64,000 nt of DNA from the NCBI GenBank assembly GCA_051362555.1, contig CM120645.1:13268001-13332000 (forward strand), in the 5' to 3' direction. Both the position numbers and the translations under genes were made by a program. The notes beneath the pieces are model-generated. The model was not told the origin of the DNA, searched no databases, and saw only the letters and a program-made list of their open reading frames with translations. Shown here piece after piece: positions 13,626 to 24,200 of this stretch (the stretch's first letter is position 1; every line of letters begins with the position of its first letter). Source of the DNA: Lingula anatina (lineage: Eukaryota; Animalia; Brachiopoda).

Positions 13626-16600
13626 CAGATCTTTTAAAAACTGTGATTTCAGTCCATGTGTTGTTTTTAATTTATATAGAATATAACTTATTTAGAAAAT
13701 TGAATATAAACTTCTGTCATGATGAAAAATATACTTCTGTGTTATCGAACCTTGCTTAAATTTTTGAACAGTCAAATACTACTTAAAATTTACAGACTGC
13801 TGGTTGCTCCAGACAAATTGACCTCTGAAAGCTACATACCTGTAGCATGTTGATTGATTGATTGATAAGCTTATCTTCACCGCTGTTTGACTGATCCAGT
13901 TGCTGCCTGACCTCTGCTATTTTATATCTATATAAAGGGGTAGAGGTAAACTTGGGCCCATTTGGTAAATGTTAAGATGGCAACCTTCCACCTTATACAG
14001 CATGTTGTTATCTTAAGCTTGGTACTGTTACATGTACCCATGGAAAGTGACGGAGAGAAAATATTGATCTTTCCTTGCACTCATATCTTCAACTCGAGAA
14101 CACTGAATCTAGAGAAGATTTCCGTCATGCTTCGAGATCATGGGCACACTGTCAGCATGCTGGTTGGGGACCACTACAAACCTAAAATGAACGTATCTGG
14201 GATTGAGTTGATTGTGTACAAGATGCCAGAGCTTTGGGTGAATAAAGGAGGCGAGTTGGACCTAAACACAACAATGTACTACGTTGAGAAAGATCCCATG
14301 CCTTTCGTTAAAGAAATTGAAAAAGTGGACTACATGATGGCTGAAAATCTTTTGGAAGACCAGCAACTGGTGAAGCGCCTCAAAGCTGCAGGATTTTCTC
14401 TCCTCTTTGTGGACATGAGCAATATGGCGGTTAACTATTTTTTAAGAGAGTACCTAGACATTCCTAGCATTGCCTACAACAACTTTGGTTTTTTTGACAT
14501 ATGGTTTTACTTCAATCAGCCTAGCTTCCCATCATATATGCCATATATTCTAACAGATTTTAGTGATAATATGACATTTACAGAGCGACTTCAGAATTTG
14601 GACTTTGTGATAGAAGCTGAAGAGTGGGCAAATGAGAAAATAGAGACTATGGACAAACTGAAACAGAAATATCTCCCCAATGAAAATTGGCCATCTGCTA
14701 GGCATACTTATCAAAGAATGTCTCTTTTTATTGCTGCCAATGTCAATTTTGCCTTTGATTACCCAAGACCAGTCATGCCCCATGTCAAGCCCATCTCTGG
14801 CCTCCTCTGGACACCTCCAAAACCTCTTCCCAAGTTTTATGCCGACATAATGGCATCTGCCACTCATGGAGTGATTTTGATGAGTTTTGGAACCTTGGTA
14901 CCTACCTTGCCAAATGACAAAGCAGAAATACTGGCCAAAGTATTTGCCAAACTTCCCCAGAAGGTGATATGGCGGTATCAGGGTGTTGCTCCCAAATTTC
15001 TTGGAAAAAACACTTATCTGGTTGACTGGTTTCCACAGAACGACCTTCTTGCCCACCCTGCCACTAAGCTGTTCATCACCCACTGTGGAGTAAGCAGCAC
15101 ATGGGAGACACTGTACCACGCAGTTCCTGTTGTGGCCATGCCATTACTTTGGGATCAGCAACACCAGGCTCGAAAGCTGAAGGAACGTGCCAAGATCGGC
15201 GAAATTGTGGTCTTCAGTTCCCTCTCTGAGGAAGCATTAGAAACTGCTATAAACAAAGTTCTGAATGACAGGTCTTACAAGGAAAATGCAGTTAGAATGT
15301 CCAAACTACTGCAAGATACTCCCATGTCAGGACAAGAAGAATTGTTGTTTTGGATTAACTATGTTATTAGGCACAATGGTACTCTTCACTTTCACTCCCA
15401 GGCTACTTACAGGTTAAACTGGTATCAGTACTATCTTTTGGATGTTATTGCTTATAAGTTGTTAGTGCAGTGTTTATATTATGCCATGTATCTCTCACTG
15501 GGTGTCATTTCCTGGAAGTTGTTGAAGAAAATCTTAACAATGTTTCAAGGTAAAAAAAAGAAAGTGCACTAATATATCCTTATCAGCAGTTGGTTACATG
15601 TACCAGAGTTTCATAAAGATTTGGTCCAAAACATGCAGAAAGATTACTTAAAGATTATGGTGAAAGTTGATTAGTTCTATTTATTGGTTTTTGAATAGAT
15701 AACTAATGAATTATGATTGTGTAGAAAGCCATAGCCTGTATGAAATAAAGTTTTAATTCAAAAAGAATATTTTAGTTTTGCTCTTGTGTGTGCATGTGTG
15801 ATTAACGTTTATGAATTGTGAATTTATTTCTACTCACGTAGGTTTGTGTGAATGCTTTGAAAGTACACGTAACTGCCAGTAAGTAATATATTTGTGTGAT
15901 TGCACAATCATATGCAAGTCCTGCCACAAGATTGCATATCACAACCTTGTCATCAGTCATGCCAATTTTCATGATTACGTATATCTCACTTGGGAATGGA
16001 AATACAACTCGAACCAATCGCAATTTTACATTAATTGTACCACCAGCGTTAGCGCTGGCGGTACACATGGTTTCGGTCTCGTCCGGATCGTTCCGCCGGC
16101 TCCGCCGGCTCCGCCGGACGGCTACCGTTACCGCTTCTCCTCCTAGACGGTAAGGCCCCCCATACCCATCTCATGGATTTAGGTCACCTATAATCTCAAC
16201 TCGTTCCACGTAAAATTTGGGCTTTGTCGGTATTGGGGTCTGGGTGTGGCACTCATTGCAATGCACCCTTGTCCAAAAATGGCAAAATTAAATGCTAATT
16301 ATCTACCCTACGGAAGGAGTTACGGGAAAAATTTCTACAGACGGCTTTCCAAAAGTCATATGTGTAGATTTCAAATATACCCTCGGATTTGACCTTTGAC
16401 CTTTACTTCAAGGTCAAATGGGCCAAAATTTTCAAAAAAATGAAATTTTTTACGAAAAAAAATTTTTTTGCCCTGTTATTCAGACACCACACAGACTTAA
16501 CCAATAATATTATTGGAAAGTGTTACCCTTCAGGTCATCTTTCATCTCCGTGAATTTGGGGTCAATCGGTGCATTTTCACAGGAGTAGCGGCCATAAGAT

Positions 16601-19600
16601 ACCGAAACTGAAAACTGTCTCTAATTCGGGAACCGTTAATGCTAGAGACCCATTCTTTTTTGCATTTTGTAGAGCATGTAAAGCCCAACACTGGAGGTGG
16701 TCTCGGTTTTTTTGTATTCCATACGGTTTTCGAGTTACGCTGTATCAAAAAGTACATATTGGTGGTGAAAGGAAAATGTACGGAAGCCCACTGGTGCCAT
16801 ATGTAGAAAAAAAAATTATCTCGAAATTTCGAGATACTATTTTGAAATTTGAACAAAAAAATTTACCACCAGCGTTAGCGCTGGCGGTACACATGGTTTC
16901 GGTCCCGTCCGGTCCGTTCCGCCGGCTCCGCCGCCATGTTACCGTTACCGCTTCTCCTCCTAGACGGTAAGGGCCCCCGTACCCATCTCATGGATTTAGG
17001 TCACCTATAATCTCAACTCGTTCCACGTAAAATTTGGGCTTCGTCGGTATTGGGGTCTGGGTGTGGCACTCATTGCAATGCACCCTTGTCTAAAAATGGC
17101 AAAATTAAATGCTAATTATCTACCCTACAGAAGGAGTTACGGGAAAAATTTCTATAGACGGCTTTCCAAAAGTCATATGTGTAGATTTCAAATATACCCT
17201 CGGATTTGACCTTTGACCTTTACTTCAAGGTCAAATGGGTCAAAATTTTCAAAAAAATGAAATTTTTTATGAAAAAAAATTTTTTTGCCCTGTTATTCAG
17301 ACGCCACACAGACTTAACCAATAATATTATTGGAAAGTGTTACCCTTCAGGTCATCTTTCATCTCCGTGAATTTGGGGTCAATCGGTGCATTTTCACAGG
17401 AGTAGCGGCCATAAGATACCGAAACTGAAAACTGTCTCTAATTCGGGAACCGTTAATGCTAGAGACCCATTCTTTTTCATTCATTTTGTAGAGCATGTAA
17501 AGCCCAACACTGGAGGTGGTCTCGGTTTTTTTGTATTCCATACGGTTTTCGAGTTACGCTGTATCAGAAAGTACATATTGGTGGTGAAAGGAAAATGTAC
17601 GGAAGCCGACTGGTGCCATATGTAGAAAAAAAATTATCTCGAAATTTCGAGATACTATTTTGAAATTTGAACAAAAAAAATTTTTATCTCGAAATTTCGA
17701 GATAGCATTTTGAAATTTGAACAAAAAAAAAATTATCTCGAAATTTCGAGATAGCATTTTGATATTTGAGCAAAAAAATTTATCTCGAAATTTCGAGATA
17801 GTATTTTGAAATTTGAACAAAAAAAATGCTATCTCGAAATTTCGAGATAATTTTTTTTTTCAACATATGGCACCAGTCGGCTTCCGTAAAAATGTGCAGT
17901 ACGGTAATGGATAATAAATTTTGAACTCCGGAAAAATAAAACATAATGCTTGGCAAAGCAGACAACTTGTGGTCAAAAATGACATTATTTTATCAAATTT
18001 AAACTTCTGCAACTTCAGAGAACCTCCCATTTCAAGAACTTTGACCAAAATGACCTTTTCTTTATTTTAATTAATTTTTTCTGTAGGAAATTTATGGCAC
18101 ATTATGGTAACTCCAAAATTATAACATTTAGTCCCTTATATCTCCAAAACTGGCAGAGATAGGTCCATAGTTACTATTGAAGTTGAATAGGAAGTCATAT
18201 ACTGGCAATCTTACTGTGACCTTGACATTGACCTTTGACCTACTTTTCACCATGAACTGAACTTTGCAAATTTTGCTTCCCTTTTATCTCCAAAACTGGC
18301 AGAGATAGGTCCATAGTTACTATTGAAGTTGAATAGGAAGTCATATACTGGCAATCTTACTGTGACCTTGAAATTGACCTTTGACCTACTTATCACCATG
18401 AACTGAACTTTGCAAATTTTGCTTCCCTTTTATCTCCAAAACTGGCAGAGATAGGTCCATAGTTACTATTGAACTTGAATAGGAAGTCATATACTGGCAA
18501 TTTTACTGTGACCTTGAAATTGACCTTTGACCTACTTTTCACCTTGAACTGAACTTTGCAAAATTTGCTTCCCTTTTATCTCCAAAACTGGCAGAGATAG
18601 GTCCATAGTTACTATTGAACTTGCATAGGAAGTCATATACTGGCAATTTTACTGTGACCTTGAAATTGACCTTTGACCTTCTTTTCACCATGAACTGAAC
18701 TTTGCAAATTTTGCTTCCCTTTTATCTCCAAAACTGGCAGAGATAGGTCCATAGTTACTATTGAAGTTGAATAGGAAGTCATATACTGGCAATCTAAATG
18801 TGACCTTGAAATTGACCTTTGACCTACTTTTCACCATGAACTGAACTTTGCAAATTTTGCTTCCCTTTTATCTCCAAAACTGGCAGAGATAGGTCCATAG
18901 TTACTATTGAAGTTGAATAGGAAGTCATATACTGGCAATCTTACTGTGACCTTGAAATTGACCTTTGACCTACTTTTCACCATGAACTGAACTTTGCAAA
19001 TTTTGCTTCCCTTTTATCTCCAAAACTGGCAGAGATAGGTCCATAGTTACTATTGAAGTTGGATAGGAAGTCATATACTGGCAATTTACTGTGACCTTGA
19101 AATTGACCTTTGACCTACCTTACAATGAACTTAACTTTGATTGCACCATTTTTAGTTATATATATTTTTTGCATATTTTGAAAATTCTTGTTGATTGCAT
19201 TTTTACAGCTTGTCAAGCACAAGACTGGTGGCTGCACCCCTTATTTTGTGTATGTGGGGGTCTATACGAATGCGCTTGCTCCAGCTGGTGGTACAATATT
19301 CGGAGGCGGTATCGCCTCTCTGATCCTCTAGTTTACAAAGCAGTTTGACTTTAAGCAGGGTTGGGCAGAGCTTAAAAAAGAAATACATGGGGTGGTAAAT
19401 AAAAGAGCAGAAAGGGAATGTTTGCTTTTAAAGTAATACATTTTATTGTACTAATATCCAGTTAAGTATTTTTATATAGAATAAATGGGTAAAGCCTTTT
19501 TTGACCAATTTTGACCATTTGGTATTCATCTCCTTTAGATTGCAGACTGGTAGAATATGTTTATAATATTGTATGTGCTGAACACATGATACAGTGCTGA

Positions 19601-21199
19601 GTTTGTCTTCTTCACGCAGGCGGACATGTATTCATTTGGAATGACCCTGTATGAGCTGGTCACTAATGGCAGACATCCTTACGATGACTTATCATTCAGA
19701 AACCAGCTAGATGAGGCAGTGCTGATGGTAATATGTGCTCTTTTTAGCAAATTGTGATATTAAGATGATTTTACTGATTTGTGATGCTTTATTATTTCCA
19801 ATTAATTTCACTTCACTGCTGCAGGTAAAATATCTCATCATAATTGAAACTTATTTTGCTATAGTGTGACCAAAGTATTGAAAATTGCAATGTCTTCAGA
19901 CAATCAATTTTTAAAAGTTTTGACAACAAGCAATTGAAAGCAGTGATGTCGTTTTGCTTCAGACCACAGGGTTTACTCATTGTGACAGTCGTTAAATGCA
20001 AGTTAAGTTCAAAACTGGACTTCATAAGATTGCTTATTTTGACCTTGTATTATCTTGTCATTCAGAAGCGGCCAATCAACCCCATCACAACCAAGCTAGA
20101 CCCTATGACAGGGAGGCCATGCTGCCAGCCATGGCCAGACATGCAAGATGTTATATATCTCTGCCTCAAGTATGTGCCAGAGGAGAGACCTACCGTAAGT
20201 TTGACATGTTATATATGTCTGCCTTAAGTATGTGCCAGAGGAGAGACCTACCGTAAGTCTGACATGTTATATATGTCTGCCTTAAGTATGTGCCAGAGGA
20301 GAGACCTACCGTAAGTTTGACATGTTATATATCTCTGCCTTAAGTATGTGCCAGAGGAGAGACCTACAGTAAGTTTGACATGCTAAATATCTCTGCCTTA
20401 AGTATTTGCCAGAGGAGAGACCTATGATAGGTTTTATGTGTTTGTAATGTGAGAAAGACTTGTCCACCATAGTGGTGCTTGGGTGTATGAAGACAATATG
20501 TTGTACAGTTTAGTATACAGTAATGTGTGAATTTCAAACTTCGAACGATCATAAAATTAGCTGAAAAATGATCTTTTCCCTGCAGTAAATTACTTCTGTA
20601 CACAATTCATAAGTACTGTTACCTCTTGTTCATAAACCAGGACTGATTTCTCCTTGTAATGGTTTCTGATTGCATATAGTCTTATCCTGAATCTTGCTTA
20701 TTTTGGGATGAAACTGAATTGGATTCAATATAATGCTGTGTCCATTACATGTTATGATTTCGGCTCCCATACAGTATCATCTTATCTTGAATCGAGCTTA
20801 TTTTGAGGTCAATTCTATAAAATACTGAGCCCATTTTCTCTTCAGGCAGCAGAAATCCATGAGAAACTGGAGCGCTGTGACTTGCTGAGCCTCAGAAACT
20901 TTCTGCCAATTTCCAAGAACATGACAGTAGAATGTATGACACTTAGGGTAAGACATGCTGATCAAATTTTTCAGATAATGAATAAGTAATTTCAGTTCAG
21001 AAATGCTTTACATATAAATTTTAGAAAATCTCCAATAGATAGAAGCGTTTTGGTTCTTGAATAAATTATACCACTCAAACTTAAGACAGCATTGATAATG
21101 CTGGGAATGCTGGGTGTATGTTTTACTGTTTTAGCTATGTGTTAATTAAGAAATGGTTTGTTTTTGTATGTTTGTGTTTTTTAATATACTTGCATATTG

Positions 21200-21268
<69 letters not shown>

Positions 21269-24200
21269 TTTTTACTTGCATATGTTAGTGATATTATTAA
21301 TTAATAATTAATTAATTAACTAACTTCCAGCATGATGGTGATGGGATGGAGTTGTGGGTAGGCAGTGGAGGCAGTGAGGACTGTGCTCAGCTGTCCTGGG
21401 TCAGCCTAACAGAAAATGACCCCAAGATCCTGGATCTGACTCTGGTAAGACATGTCTGCTGGGATGGTCTGTTCTTAGGCTGTGGCACAGTTTGGTTTAT
21501 TTATATAAAAGAGAGAATTTTTTTCCCGTTATTATCAGGGGTTGATTGAGGCCGTTTTCTGAGTCTTCTGTAAAACGGTCAGATTTTCAAGTTTACTTTG
21601 ACAGGCATCTAATTTTTTCTGTCTGAAGACAGTCAGAAATGGAGGGTAGATCAACAAAAATAATTTGGAAGACTGTCAGAAAATATTTCTGGATATACCC
21701 CTAATTATCTTTTTCCAGCCAGAGTTGCAGTAAGATGATATCACATAATTTATTTAATGGTAAAATAGTCGTGCATTTCCAAAATCTAAGTGGAATCAAA
21801 ACGATTTATTAAAAATACTCGAACATTGTCTTTGATCACCCTGCTTTCAGAGTTTACAAGGGAAATTTCATCCAGACAGTCGTATTCTCTGCCTAACAAC
21901 CATTGGCAGCAGCTGCGTTCTGATTGGTTGTCTCTCTGGCCATATATGGGTATATGATGCCTATACACGGGAACACAAGCATAAGTTGCCTAGGTTACCG
22001 GATTCTGTGCTGTGCATGCACTTTCAGTAAGTAGAATGATGGAATATGGGGAAAATATAAGTTAGGCCAACCGGTTTTGCTGGCGTGAACTGTAACACTT
22101 ATGAGCCTTTTTCAAAAAATATAACATATTACATGTACCTATGAACGACAAGAAAAATCAGTCTTCTCATTATAAATGTTTATTAATCTTTTTGGGGAAA
22201 ATTTGCCAATTTGTTCCTGTAAACAAACTGCTGACATGCATATTCAGTAATTCTACATAGCCATCTGAGAACTCTTTTGTTAAATTACACAGGCTTATTT
22301 CAGTGTGATAATAACTGGTTCTAGTATCGTTACTGATAAATAGAACATTTGATAGTGAAGTTAATGATAGCACTGTATTGGAAGCAAATTTAGTTTTTAA
22401 ATCAATGTTTTTAATGCAGTTATATTGCTTTTTAGTCATGTTTTTTATGATTATTTATTTATTTATTATTATTATTCTTTAATTATTTTTATTATACTTA
22501 TTATTATTATTTTGTAAATCATATATTTTGAATAAAATTTTATATTCACTGTGTTCAATTTTAATCTTTTCTCAGTCAAAACCAGTCTGGAGATGCCCAA
22601 GTCTATGTGGGCTTGGCCAGTGGGCAGCTCGCTATATTTGATGCAAACAATGTCCTCACTGTGAGTACTTCTAGCGCATTCAGGACAGTAGACTAACAGT
22701 TCGACGGATCAAATATGGCTGCCCCACTTGAATGCTTGTTGCATACTCCCCGCAGGCTATTTAGTGTCTAACGGGGAATTAAGCGACAAGCTTTTAAATG
22801 GGTTGCCATATATGATCTGCGGATCTTCCCTAGATAGACATGCAACAGGAAATTGGATAGAATTCCTAAGAAGTCCCGTAGAACTGTTTAGATTTAACTT
22901 TTGTAAGGGTGGGCACACAGTGTCAAAAGTTTTTTCCAAAGCAATACATTTCTTCGCCTGATTTATTTATATAAATAATCCAATGGTAAGGAAAATTTGT
23001 GACTTAATCTGTGACTTAATCTTTATATTGTAGTTATTTCATTCTATTTCACTCAGGATGCATTTGCGGAACCATCATACACGCTTAGATTTGGAGAATC
23101 CTCTGAACCTATCCGTTGCATCGTACCCCACACTCAATCCAAGACACTGTATATTGGGTGTGGGAGCAAGATTGTCATGCTTCTTCCTGACACCTGGAGG
23201 GATATTCCACAAGAAATAGACACAGCAACAGAGCAGTGAGTGTTTCTTTTTTATTTTTGTTGTTCTACCTTCTCTTGCATAACCCCAATTTAACTATTTG
23301 CATAATAGTAAATGTCTACTTCCTGTATCAGATTGACCATTAGAAAAAAGTTATTTCTGGGGTGTTTCAAAATAGATTATGTCACAAGGTATGACAATAG
23401 CTTTTTCACTGATAACATTAGCTTACTACTTTCATAGTGTTTGAATACTAGAGGTAAGGTTACAAACGACTTATGATCAACTGAAGAGACTTAGAACATA
23501 GAGGTAATAAATATTATAAAAGTCTGTTGTCTGTTTCAGGTCCCGGGGTATCATCTGTGCCATGGTAGTGTCCAGAAAGTACCTCTACCTGGCTAAGATG
23601 CAGGAGGCCACTGTGGAGGCATGGGACCTCAATAAGCAAGTTCTCAAACATACCATTGACATTTACAAAACTGTCAGGTAAGTTAGGTCCCTACCCGTGG
23701 TTTAAGTTAGTTGTAACAGTAAGGCAAATTCACTACTTACTAACATTAAATTTTAGATTTTACAGATAGTGCACCTGAAATATCTGTAATTGTAAAATGG
23801 TCAAGAAAGTTATCAGTACAATTATCAAAATCAAGTAAACAAAGTTTATTTGAGAGGAAAAAAATAACTTCCCAGACTAGCCATTTGAATATAGCTATTT
23901 CATTTTTTTTCTGTCTTGAAAGGTTTAGACTTATTGAGTTCCATAATGCAAATTACACTCTAATTTCTTTTATTCAGTGAGTTTGACCCATCTATGAAGT
24001 TGTCCCGAGGCGACTGTCGTGTGACGTCGTTGCTGTTACAGAACACGCACACTCTGTGGGTGGGGACAGGGGAGGGGCTCCTCGTGATACTGGACACCAA
24101 CTCCTTACGACCATGCGCTGTGCTGAAACGCCACCGCACTGCTGTCAGATGCATGATTAATGTCATACTGAAGAGTAAGTTTATATATATATATATATAT

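Larger units (their letters stand above)
16034..19334 (+). mobile_element. Helentron-type non-autonomous element (HINE/DINE-1-like) with duplicated 5' part, nested MITE and 146-bp satellite
   Basis: 5' subTIR attgtaccaccagc (16034-16047) sits in a hairpin followed by gtcc/ccgg microrepeats. Its perfect inverse gctggtggtacaat is at 19284-19297, followed by the hairpin gaggcggtatcgcctc and terminal ctagttt. The ~830-bp 5' segment is repeated head-to-tail (second start ~16864). Confidence 0.75.

Noticed and set aside
14550-15119. 189-aa antisense ORF (and shorter ones at 12312-12932)
   Set aside because: Shadow of the UGT coding strand; interrupted by a stop in the paralog, so not conserved.
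15802-18048. Cluster of short ORFs in the LRRK2 intron
   Set aside because: They lie largely in duplicated transposon sequence with no Rep/helicase or transposase motifs.
17630-19140. CRISPR-like appearance of regularly spaced palindromes and repeats
   Set aside because: Spacers are identical rather than unique, the context is a eukaryotic intron, and there are no cas genes.
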